Shown piece by piece: positions 18,587 through 26,650 of a stretch of DNA of 32,000 nucleotides. The stretch lies in assembly GCA_031316235.1 (NCBI GenBank), contig JALDRA010000001.1, forward strand, positions 3,900,001 to 3,932,000, written 5' to 3'. This DNA comes from Candidatus Scalindua sp. (GTDB lineage Bacteria; Planctomycetota; Brocadiia; Brocadiales; Scalinduaceae). Under the pieces are notes generated by a model that saw nothing but the letters and a program-made list of their open reading frames with translations, searched no databases and was not told the DNA's origin. Each line of letters begins with the position of its first letter. Positions within the stretch are counted from its first letter, which is position 1. Position numbers and translations under genes: made by a program.

Positions 18587-19510
18587 TTAGAATTCCCATT
18601 TGAATTTTACTCCCCATGCACTGTTGGCCTCATGATTAAGGAGATCGCCGAAGTGCATATAGGCTATTGACATAGTCAAATGGTCATTAGCTATATACGT
18701 TATAAAACCGTCCCACCAATCATCTTCTTCTGCAATGAGTCCCGGGATTTTATCGTATTGATCAGGTTTTTGACGATACTCCCCACCTATCACAAGATTG
18801 TCCAGGGCCAGGACACCAAAGTTGCCTTCAAAGACGGTTTTCCGATTCTCAGTAAAGCCAAGCAGGCCAATCTGGGCAGCTTCAGTAGACCTGACACCCA
18901 CATTTATCATGAGAGGCCGCGGCAGTGATGTAATCATTTTAGATGCATAAAGAGTTACATCAACTCCATCGTCATCCTTGATACCTATAGCATTAAGTCC
19001 TCCCTGCAAACGTCTGTCTATGACTTCAGAATCATTGTTGTTCTTATAGTGCAGCCCCAACGTCAGGGCCGGCATCCATGATTTCTTAAAGTCCCCCTCT
19101 TTCAGTATCTGAAACCTGGTGTTAAAGTTATGCATATATATTGAATCCTCTATAGTGTCTATACCGGTACCTGCCCGGATATCCCTGGGTAAATCACCTA
19201 AATCAAGATGGTTTAAAGAATACCCAAATTCAAGCCGGCCCCACAGAGTTTCAGATACGGTAAATGCTTCCATGTGTCTTCCATGACCAATGTTAGCATA
19301 TGTCACACCACCGGCCGGCAGCCCGAAAACCCTGCCCTCTTCTGATGGATTTATGAGATAGGCGGAGCCGGTTATGAGGATTCCTCCAAACCCTTCAATA
19401 TTTTGTAATGGAAGTGGTGGAGCCTTCACTTTCTCTCCTGCAAACACGGTTTGGGCTGTCATGATAAGCACAAGGTAAACCAGACTATTGATCATAGATA
19501 TTTTCTTCAT
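18587..19510 (-). CDS. secreted outer-membrane beta-barrel (porin-like) protein, family not identified
   Basis: It has a signal peptide MKKISMINSLVYLVLIMTAQTVFAGE, an alternating amphipathic pattern and the C-terminal signature ...WGVKFKWEF. GGAGG lies 8 nt upstream of the ATG. Confidence 0.65.
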   Translation of the reverse strand: MKKISMINSLVYLVLIMTAQTVFAGEKVKAPPLPLQNIEGFGGILITGSAYLINPSEEGRVFGLPAGGVTYANIGHGRHMEAFTVSETLWGRLEFGYSLNHLDLGDLPRDIRAGTGIDTIEDSIYMHNFNTRFQILKEGDFKKSWMPALTLGLHYKNNNDSEVIDRRLQGGLNAIGIKDDDGVDVTLYASKMITSLPRPLMINVGVRSTEAAQIGLLGFTENRKTVFEGNFGVLALDNLVIGGEYRQKPDQYDKIPGLIAEEDDWWDGFITYIANDHLTMSIAYMHFGDLLNHEANSAWGVKFKWEF

Positions 19511-19639
19511 ATATTTCCTCCAATCTAATAAAGGTAGAATTAACTAATTAATACAGGCATACTATTATTTTCTTTTTCAGTCATGATGCAGTTTCAATGG
19601 CTCAGTCTTCCCTCACCGGTTTATTATATTTGCGTATAA

Positions 19640-19825
19640 GCAAAAAAAGCCAACTCCCTACCACCTGTCCATTCATCATGAGAACAGTATGATAGGTGTT
19701 GGCTTACTCTTCAACGGCCCCTTTTATTTAAAGTGCCTTTGCTTAGTCTTCCCCCACTGCTTCAAACAAACTTCCTCTCAACACTACAAATTTACTATCA
19801 TATTTTCATCCGCAATCATAGTCAC
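19640..19825 (-). promoter_or_regulatory. conserved leader RNA module, copy 3, upstream of the porin-like/SulP operon
   Basis: On the sense (minus) strand: -35 GTGACT 19825-19820, 17-nt spacer, -10 TATGAT 19802-19797. GGAAGACT lies at 19752-19745 and GTTGAAGAGTAAGCCAAC at 19715-19698. The terminator is GCCAAC...GTTGGC plus T7 (plus coordinates 19642-19703). Confidence 0.75.
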
Positions 19826-19890
19826 TAAATTGTTCCAGCCAGATTCTCCATTATACACGGGTTATTTTTAATTAGACAATAGAGTTATTG

Positions 19891-20265
19891 TCATGCTATT
19901 TCCTTATTCTTAAGCCTTGATTCCAGATTCTGCTCTAATATGAAAACAATTACCCTCTCTCCTGTTTTTGTGCTTATATCAGAGTGTAAACTTTTTATCC
20001 TGCATCCCGTAATTTCTATAATAATATTTTTCAATAAAGCCTTGGCTCCCTCTAATAATTGAACATGAGTTTCCTTTACCAAAGCTGCACCCTCCGAGGT
20101 TTTAGCCAACTGTTCTTCAGCCGGAGTCAGCACACCTTTAAGCTGTACGTATATAACATCCTTTATAATGTAGATAACTGTTTCTATAGGGCATCTACCC
20201 ATAAATTCTTGTTCAAACTTTATGATTGCTTCACTGATTTTTGCTTCGAATTGACACTTAGTCAT
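19891..20265 (-). CDS. DUF2294 / MpsC-family protein, copy 1
   Basis: ORF 19891..20460. The N-terminal 65 codons cover the leader module, so I place the start at ATG 20265 (MTKCQFEAKISEAIIKFEQEFMGR...). That start aligns with the paralog and with DUF2294 proteins (LKGVLTPAEEQLAKT, HSDISTKTGERVIVF). Confidence 0.8.
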   Translation of the reverse strand: MTKCQFEAKISEAIIKFEQEFMGRCPIETVIYIIKDVIYVQLKGVLTPAEEQLAKTSEGAALVKETHVQLLEGAKALLKNIIIEITGCRIKSLHSDISTKTGERVIVFILEQNLESRLKNKEIA

Positions 20266-20320
20266 AATTGTTTTAAGGACCTCTTGCTGAGTTATCCCGC
20301 ACCAATTACCATACCCATAA

Positions 20321-20476
20321 ACAAAAAAAGCCAACCTCATGTTCTTTACATACTCTAAAAAAGAGTATAGAAAACGGGGTTGGCTTACTTCGCAACAATT
20401 ATTTTGTATAGAAAATTCCTGCTCAGTCTTCCTTATAGTAGAATCTACTATATAATCCAAATAATTAAGAAGTCAA
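20321..20476 (-). promoter_or_regulatory. conserved leader RNA module, copy 4, upstream of MpsC-like copy 1
   Basis: On the sense (minus) strand: -35 TTGACT 20476-20471, 16-nt spacer, -10 TATATA 20454-20449. GGAAGACT lies at 20432-20425 and GTTGCGAAGTAAGCCAAC at 20396-20379. The terminator spans plus coordinates 20323-20384 with T7. Confidence 0.75.
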
Positions 20477-20552
20477 GTGTTTTTTAGATTCAGGTTGTCA
20501 TTTTTCGTATCATCTCTTAAATGATTGGTTCGATAAAGTTTATCCTGTTTAA

Positions 20553-20924
20553 CTAACCTTTATATTCAGATTCTAAATCATGATCTAATATAAAAACAAT
20601 TACCCTCTCTCCTGTCTTTGTGCTTATGTCAGAATGCAGGCTCTTTGTGATGCAGCCCGTAATATCCAAAATAATATTTCTCAGTAAAGACCTTGCCCCC
20701 TCTAATAATTGAGCACGAGTCTTTTTTATCAATAATGCGCCTTCAGAGGTCTTGGCAAGTTGCTCTTCAGCCGGGGTAAGGACGCCCTTAAGCCGAACTA
20801 ATACTACATCTTTTATAATGAAGGTATTCGTTTCCATAGGACCTCTACCCATAAAATCTTTTTCAAACTTTATCAATGCCTCGCTTATTTTCGCTTCCAG
20901 TTGGCCTTTGGTTAACTTTCCCAT
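20553..20924 (-). CDS. DUF2294 / MpsC-family protein, copy 2
   Basis: ORF 20553..20957 begins with a GTG. The ATG at 20924 gives MGKLTKGQLEAKISEALIKFEKDFMGRGP..., a typical DUF2294 N-terminus. Confidence 0.8.
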   Translation of the reverse strand: MGKLTKGQLEAKISEALIKFEKDFMGRGPMETNTFIIKDVVLVRLKGVLTPAEEQLAKTSEGALLIKKTRAQLLEGARSLLRNIILDITGCITKSLHSDISTKTGERVIVFILDHDLESEYKG

Positions 20925-20954
20925 ATGATTAAATATAAGAGTAATTATTTTGTA

Positions 20955-20976
20955 CACTAAAACCGATTTGGTTTTC
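20955..20976 (+). repeat. intergenic box family B, copy 3 (immediately upstream of MpsC-like copy 2)
   Basis: Sequence actaaaaccgatttggttttcg, containing the AAAACC-N5-GGTTTT palindrome. Confidence 0.55.
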
Positions 20977-21137
20977 GCTTAAAGAGAAAGAATAGATAAA
21001 TAATTACCAAAATCAAGAAGTATTTGGAAAATTATTTTTTATACCTATTGAGGTAATGGGAAATAACAAGACAAGCAGGGGAGATTTTTTTACAATTTGA
21101 AAATATGGCATAAGGGAAAAATAAGCCGTTAAAAGAA

Positions 21138-21289
21138 TTGACTATTTAATCTTTTTGGATTATAATGCCGCGCAAGTAAGGAAGACTGTACAAGAATTTC
21201 TAAAACCAAAGAAATTGTTGAAGAGTAAGCCAACATCAATTTCCAGACGTTATGTAAAAGAAAATCAGGAAATAGTGTTGGTTTTTTTG
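21138..21289 (+). promoter_or_regulatory. conserved leader RNA module, copy 5, upstream of oadGBA
   Basis: -35 TTGACT 21138-21143, 17-nt spacer, -10 TATAAT 21161-21166. GGAAGACT lies at 21180-21187 and GTTGAAGAGTAAGCCAAC at 21217-21234. The terminator is GCCAAC (21229-21234)...GTTGG (21277-21281) plus T7 (21282-21288). Confidence 0.8.
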
Positions 21290-21388
21290 TATCCACTGTG
21301 TATCAATTATGATTGGAATGAAAAGATATTATACTTCACCTTTATACGACAGTAAAACAGTCCACCGTTATCGGGGCATACTGCTATT

Positions 21389-21667
21389 ATGGAAATCAAA
21401 TTAAGTATTCAGAATATCCTGGATGGACGGGGTTTCGACATCTCAATTACCGGTATGGTGGTTGTATTTACAGCACTTGCCTTGATAAGTGCCTTTATCT
21501 CCCTCCTTCCCGCTATTTTGAGGATAGTTAACAGGATATTTCCGCAGGAAGAAGCTTCCCATGCCCCTTCTCTGTCACGGAGTTCGCATACACCGGAAAA
21601 TGAGGTGATAGCAGCAATCGGATTCGCTCTTCACATGGCAAAGGAAAAACATGTTTTTAACGATTAA
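21389..21667 (+). CDS. oadG: Na+-pump decarboxylase gamma subunit (OadG family)
   Basis: The 92-aa protein has a single N-terminal TM helix (ITGMVVVFTALALISAFISLL) and sits immediately upstream of the beta subunit. Confidence 0.7.
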   Translation: MEIKLSIQNILDGRGFDISITGMVVVFTALALISAFISLLPAILRIVNRIFPQEEASHAPSLSRSSHTPENEVIAAIGFALHMAKEKHVFND

Positions 21668-21747
21668 ATAGCGTATTGAATGGAAATTAACCTGTTTTTT
21701 GGAATGGATTACAACTAACATCTACCTGATATTTCGAGAGGATATAA

Positions 21748-22875
21748 TTGGAAATTTTTTATGAGTTTCTTAATACAACCGGTTTTGCAATGATGACATG
21801 GGGCAATGCTATCATGATACTGGTAGGTATCATTTTTGTCTCTCTTGCCATTATCAAAGATTATGAGCCTTTGCTGCTTCTCCCTATCGGATTTGGGGCA
21901 ATCGTTGGAAATATACCTTCAATTCAGGGAATGGCCCTTAATGTATACGATGAAGGAAGCGTTCTGAGTTATCTGTACTATGGTGTCAGCAAGGGTATAT
22001 TCCCCCCTATTATATTTCTTGGTATCGGAGCCATGACAGATTTTTCCACTATGCTCTCTAATCCCAAGCTGGTTCTGCTTGGTGCGGCAGCCCAGATAGG
22101 GATATTCCTGACGCTAATCGGCGCCTTGTATCTGGGGTTTCCTCCTTCAGATGCCGCATCCATAGGGATCATAGGTGGCGCGGATGGACCTACAGCAATA
22201 TTTTTGTCAGCTAAACTTGCTCCGCATCTTTTAGGTTCTATTGCCATAGCCGCCTATTCGTACATGGCCCTTGTCCCGGTAATACAACCTCCGATAATGA
22301 GACTGCTTACTACCAGAAAGGAACGTCTGATACGGATGAAAGCACCAAGACATGTGCCACAGCGGGAAAAAATCATTTTCCCGGTTGCAGCTTTTCTTGT
22401 TGCCGCATTGATTGCTCCGGGTGCCCTGGTGCTCATAGGAATGCTTTTCCTCGGAAATCTCTTAAAGGAAAGTTGTGTGACAGAACGTCTGGCTAATACA
22501 GCACGTAATGCGATGATTGATATCGTAACAATCTTTCTCGGATTTTCAGTCGGGGCGAGTACCCAGGCACAAACCTTTCTGACCCATCAATCGCTACTTA
22601 TTTTTGGTCTGGGTGCCTTGTCATTTGCTATAGCAACTGCAGGCGGCGTACTTTTTGCCAAGTTAATGAACCTCTTTATTCGTGAAAAGATAAATCCTCT
22701 TATCGGAGCTGCTGGTGTATCTGCGGTACCTGACTCTGCACGAGTTGTTCAGATGGTTGGACAGAAAGAGGATCCGCACAATTTCCTGCTTATGCATGCC
22801 ATGGCCCCCAATGTAGCCGGGGTAATCGGCTCGGCTATCTGTGCAGGTATTTTATGGTCTGTACTGGTAAAATAA
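21748..22875 (+). CDS. oadB: Na+-translocating decarboxylase beta subunit (OadB/GcdB/MmdB family)
   Basis: The 375-aa polytopic protein starts colinear with OadB (..[20 protein letters not shown]). It uses a TTG start with GAGAGGA 6 nt upstream. Confidence 0.88.
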   Translation: MEIFYEFLNTTGFAMMTWGNAIMILVGIIFVSLAIIKDYEPLLLLPIGFGAIVGNIPSIQGMALNVYDEGSVLSYLYYGVSKGIFPPIIFLGIGAMTDFSTMLSNPKLVLLGAAAQIGIFLTLIGALYLGFPPSDAASIGIIGGADGPTAIFLSAKLAPHLLGSIAIAAYSYMALVPVIQPPIMRLLTTRKERLIRMKAPRHVPQREKIIFPVAAFLVAALIAPGALVLIGMLFLGNLLKESCVTERLANTARNAMIDIVTIFLGFSVGASTQAQTFLTHQSLLIFGLGALSFAIATAGGVLFAKLMNLFIREKINPLIGAAGVSAVPDSARVVQMVGQKEDPHNFLLMHAMAPNVAGVIGSAICAGILWSVLVK

Positions 22876-22929
22876 GGTAATAATTATTTCTTAACTGGTA
22901 TTGCGAGAGAGCAGACATACTCATTGCAT

Positions 22930-22970
22930 AAGGGTTTTTGGATAAAATCCGAGATAAAATTGAGCGAGTA
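22930..22970 (+). repeat. intergenic repeat family A, copy 2 (oadB-oadA spacer)
   Basis: Sequence aagggtttttggataaaatccgagataaaattgagcgagta. Confidence 0.6.
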
Positions 22971-23112
22971 TACCTTCACCAAGATTTGGTATAGCATAAA
23001 GGATAATAAGAAATCTGATATCTGATTTAAGAAGAGCATGTATGTTTATAATTAATTTCCATCTGTAAAATTCTATAGAAGCAGGATTTTGTTTTGGTTT
23101 TGAGGGAGAAGT

Positions 23113-24933
23113 ATGACAAAGAAGATAAAATTCATGTGTACAGCCTTTCGTGATGGCTTTCAATCTGTATATGGTGCGAGGGTATTAACCAGGGATTTTC
23201 TCCCTGCTGTTGAAGCGGCCAGGGATGCGGGTCTTTATTACCTGGAGGCCGGTGGAGGAGCCCGTTTCCAATCTCTATACTTTTATTGCAACGAAGATGC
23301 CTTTACCATGATGGATGATTTCCGTAAGACTGCAGGGCCGGATGCAGAACTGCAGACCCTTGCCCGTGGTGTTAATGTCGTCGCCCTGGATTCTCAGCCA
23401 AGCGATTTTATTACGCTCCACGCTCAGCTCTTTAAAAAACACGGTATTACGACGATACGCAACTTTGATGCACTTAATGATGTAAGGAATCTCATATTCA
23501 GCGGTAAAAGTATTGTTGATGCCGGACTGAAACACCAGGTATGCATTACCATGATGGAGTTGCCTCCAGGTTGCACGGGTGCACATGATCCGGAGTTTTA
23601 TCTCGGCATCCTGCGCCAGATATTGGATGCAGAGATTCCTTTTCATTCCATATGCTTCAAAGATGCTTCCGGTACGGCAGTACCATCAAAGGTTTACGAG
23701 ACAATCAAACAGGCGAGAACAATGGTCCCTGCAGATACATCCATTCATTTCCATACACATGAAACCGCCGGAATCGGAGTCAGTGCCAACAAGGCAGCAA
23801 TTGACGGCGGTGCAGATGCTATTGATCTCTCGATGGCACCATGTTCAGGAGGCACCTGTCAACCCGACATACTGGTGATGTGGCACGCATTGAGAGGGTC
23901 TGGTTATGATCTTGATGTAGATATTGATAAGGTGCGAAAGGTAGAAGAAATCTTCAAGGAGTGTATGAAAGAGTATTTTCTTCCGCCTGAGGCGACTGCT
24001 GTTGAGCCCATGATTCCCTGGTGTCCCATGCCGGGTGGTGCCCTTACGGCCAATACCCAGATGCTTCGTGATAACAATATCATGGAAAAATATCCGGATA
24101 TCATAAAGGCTATGAGCGAAGTGGTCCGAATGGGTGGGTACGGAACATCTGTAACGCCTGTTTCTCAGTTTTACTTCCAGCAGGCATTCAATAATGTCAT
24201 GTTTGGTCCGTGGAAAAAGATTGCACCGGGTTACGGTAAAATGGTCCTCGGTTATTTTGGAAAAACCCCTGTGTCACCAGATCCTGAGATCGTTAACATT
24301 GCATCTGCTCAACTCAAGCTCAAACCAACAGAGGCGTCACCACTTGAAATTGATGACAAAGATCCGGAGAAGAGTGTCGAACACGTTCGTAGCATTCTAA
24401 AAGAAATGAATATTGATGAGACAGATGAAAATCTCTTCATCGTTGCTACATGCAAAGAGAAGGGGGTAAAATATCTTAAAGGAGATGCTGAAACAGGAAT
24501 CCGTAAGATTATGAAAAAAGCAGATTCAGCAGCACCCCAGACACCTGTTAACCAGAAAACCGGCAGAGCAGAATATACGTTGAAAGTTAATGAGAAAAGT
24601 TATTCAATTGAATTAGAAGGAAGCAGGGTAAAAGTAAACGGCAACGTTTATCAGGTAGACATGCAGGGAGAGAAAAGCACCTCACAGGAGAGCAGTTCTG
24701 CAGGTGCCGGTGGAACTGACCAAACCGCCGTGAAGGCCCAAATGCCGGGCAAAGTAATACGTTTAACTGCAAGAGTCGGAGATCGGCTAAAAGCGGGCCA
24801 ATCAATCCTGATAGTAGAAGCAATGAAAATGGAAATACACGTTTCAAGTCCCATAGAAGGTACGCTGTGCGACATAAGCGTCCAGGAGGGAGACCAGATA
24901 ACCACTGGACAAACTCTAGCTACAATGAAGTAA
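23113..24933 (+). CDS. oadA: oxaloacetate decarboxylase alpha subunit / pyruvate carboxylase subunit B type (carboxyltransferase plus biotinyl domain)
   Basis: It has an N-terminal carboxyltransferase motif (AFRDGFQS) and HTHETAGIG, and a C-terminal biotinyl domain with EAMKME. GGGAG lies upstream of the ATG. Confidence 0.88.
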   Translation: MTKKIKFMCTAFRDGFQSVYGARVLTRDFLPAVEAARDAGLYYLEAGGGARFQSLYFYCNEDAFTMMDDFRKTAGPDAELQTLARGVNVVALDSQPSDFITLHAQLFKKHGITTIRNFDALNDVRNLIFSGKSIVDAGLKHQVCITMMELPPGCTGAHDPEFYLGILRQILDAEIPFHSICFKDASGTAVPSKVYETIKQARTMVPADTSIHFHTHETAGIGVSANKAAIDGGADAIDLSMAPCSGGTCQPDILVMWHALRGSGYDLDVDIDKVRKVEEIFKECMKEYFLPPEATAVEPMIPWCPMPGGALTANTQMLRDNNIMEKYPDIIKAMSEVVRMGGYGTSVTPVSQFYFQQAFNNVMFGPWKKIAPGYGKMVLGYFGKTPVSPDPEIVNIASAQLKLKPTEASPLEIDDKDPEKSVEHVRSILKEMNIDETDENLFIVATCKEKGVKYLKGDAETGIRKIMKKADSAAPQTPVNQKTGRAEYTLKVNEKSYSIELEGSRVKVNGNVYQVDMQGEKSTSQESSSAGAGGTDQTAVKAQMPGKVIRLTARVGDRLKAGQSILIVEAMKMEIHVSSPIEGTLCDISVQEGDQITTGQTLATMK

Positions 24934-24935
24934 AT

Positions 24936-25679
24936 CTACCGGGATATGTCAGCGGCCCAGATCTCACGCATTACGCCGTCTTCAACACGAAGAAGGAGTT
25001 GTCCTTTTTCACCAAAACCTGCGAGTGTGCCGGTCTGTCTATCCAATCCATCACCAACAGTAACTGACTCGCCCACCGAAACACAACGGGCTATCCAATC
25101 TTCACGAATGGCAGGAAATCCTCCCACCTCCCAGCGATTAATCCATTCAGGTAATATCTCCAAAAGGGTATCAAGCACACTCTTTATTGCATACTTTTTC
25201 CCTGTCTCTATCCTGAGAGAAGTCGCAGTCTTTATGAGAGTCTCTTCTTCACGATCCTGCATGTTTACGTTTATTCCTACCCCGACCACAATCGCTTGTC
25301 CCTGTTCGTATCGAATCTCACTTTGCTCGGAAAGGATTCCCCCTATCTTCTGACCTCTGACGAGAATGTCGTTAGGCCACTTTGTTTGTGTGAGAATACC
25401 GAAGGTATCCAACGCTGAAGCAGTCCCTAACGCTATTGCCTGTGAAAGTGAAGCCAAATCTTCAAGATCCTTACGGGTAGAAATAACAAATGAAAAAGTT
25501 AAATCCCGCCCAGCCTTGGAAATCCAATGACGATTATAACGCCCATGCCCCGCAGTCTGTTCGAGTGCCGCCAGAACAAAGCCGGGAGATGGCCTTGTCT
25601 CTTCATTCTTCAGCAAATCTAACAGAACGGTGTTTGTCGATGAAAGTTTGTCGTGCCACTCTGGATCAAGAAATTTCAT
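24936..25679 (-). CDS. birA: biotin--protein ligase (group I, no HTH domain)
   Basis: The 247-aa ORF has a GHGRYNRHW biotinyl-AMP loop (GRGRxGRxW type) and KWPNDI. It is convergent with oadA, with 2 nt between the stop codons. Confidence 0.88.
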   Translation of the reverse strand: MKFLDPEWHDKLSSTNTVLLDLLKNEETRPSPGFVLAALEQTAGHGRYNRHWISKAGRDLTFSFVISTRKDLEDLASLSQAIALGTASALDTFGILTQTKWPNDILVRGQKIGGILSEQSEIRYEQGQAIVVGVGINVNMQDREEETLIKTATSLRIETGKKYAIKSVLDTLLEILPEWINRWEVGGFPAIREDWIARCVSVGESVTVGDGLDRQTGTLAGFGEKGQLLLRVEDGVMREIWAADISR

Positions 25680-25843
25680 AATAGATCAAAGAAACCGCAA
25701 AAAAAATGAGTATAAAGTAAGTGAAACAACAAATCAACTATTTTTAAAAAGTACAGGGAAATATATCTGATGAAGATCGTTGTGTCAAGGATGACGAGGA
25801 CGCTTGCCGATTGAATTGTGAATGTGACCCCAATTGCAATTGC

Positions 25844-26578
25844 TTACCCTTTGTCACTCTTCTCAGATGGCCAGTAATAAGCATCAGGTGTTTCCCTGGC
25901 TCCAAAAATAGCCGTACCCACACGCACCATATTTGCGCCCTCCTCGATTGCAATATGATAATCTCCTGACATTCCCATGGAGAGATACTTCATTTCTACT
26001 CCCTCAATACTCTCTTGTATGATCATGTCATGAATCTGCTTTAATGACTTGAAACACTTTCGAATCTTTACTTCATCATTGGTAAATAGTCCGATTGTCA
26101 TAAGTCCTTTAATTTTTAAGGTCTCGTACCGTGACGCCTCCTTTACCAGAGAAATTGCCTCCTCAGGAGCAACTCCGTATTTACTCTCCTCATACGAGGT
26201 GTTAACCTGGATGAGGACCTCCATTGACCTCCCCTCTTTCAGAAGACGCTGGTCTAATTTTTCAGCCAGATCTATTCTGTCTACGGAATGGATCATATCG
26301 GCAAATTTCAAAACATCTTTGACCTTATTGGTCTGTAAATGGCCAATAAAATGCCATGCAGCATCCTCATCTTTCAGTGCTGCATGTTTTTTCAGTGCTT
26401 CCTGAACCTTATTCTCACCTATTATGTGTCCACCGTTTCTAACGGCCTCCCGTATCCGATCTACATCCACAGTTTTCGTTGCCATAACCAATGTAATGTC
26501 TTCGGCAACCTTGCCAATACTGACAGCTGTATCTGAAATCCGTTTTTTTACATATTCTAAATTTTCCCTGATTGACAT
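25844..26578 (-). CDS. yggS: YggS-family pyridoxal-phosphate homeostasis protein
   Basis: The 244-aa ORF contains the PLP-lysine context LVMATKTV, then IGENKVQE, WHFIGHLQTNK and YLSMGMSGDY. GGAG lies 7 nt upstream of the start. Confidence 0.9.
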   Translation of the reverse strand: MSIRENLEYVKKRISDTAVSIGKVAEDITLVMATKTVDVDRIREAVRNGGHIIGENKVQEALKKHAALKDEDAAWHFIGHLQTNKVKDVLKFADMIHSVDRIDLAEKLDQRLLKEGRSMEVLIQVNTSYEESKYGVAPEEAISLVKEASRYETLKIKGLMTIGLFTNDEVKIRKCFKSLKQIHDMIIQESIEGVEMKYLSMGMSGDYHIAIEEGANMVRVGTAIFGARETPDAYYWPSEKSDKG

Positions 26579-26650
26579 AGTATCTCCAATTTCTGATCAA
26601 TAGCTTTATCGTAAAAAATAATGGCACGTTTAGAGTAGATGGTTTCCAGT

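Noticed and set aside
20266-20460. N-terminal 65-codon extension of the ORF 19891..20460 (MDYIVDSTIRKTEQEF...).
   Set aside because: The extension covers leader copy 4, including its terminator. The paralog and the family consensus both begin at the position of ATG 20265.
21155-21355. ORFs overlapping the leader modules: 21155..21355 (+), 8925..9200 (-), 8801..9022 (+) and 19689..19871 (+).
   Set aside because: They run through the promoter, conserved RNA core and terminator hairpins. The conservation among copies is at the nucleotide and structure level, not in any reading frame.
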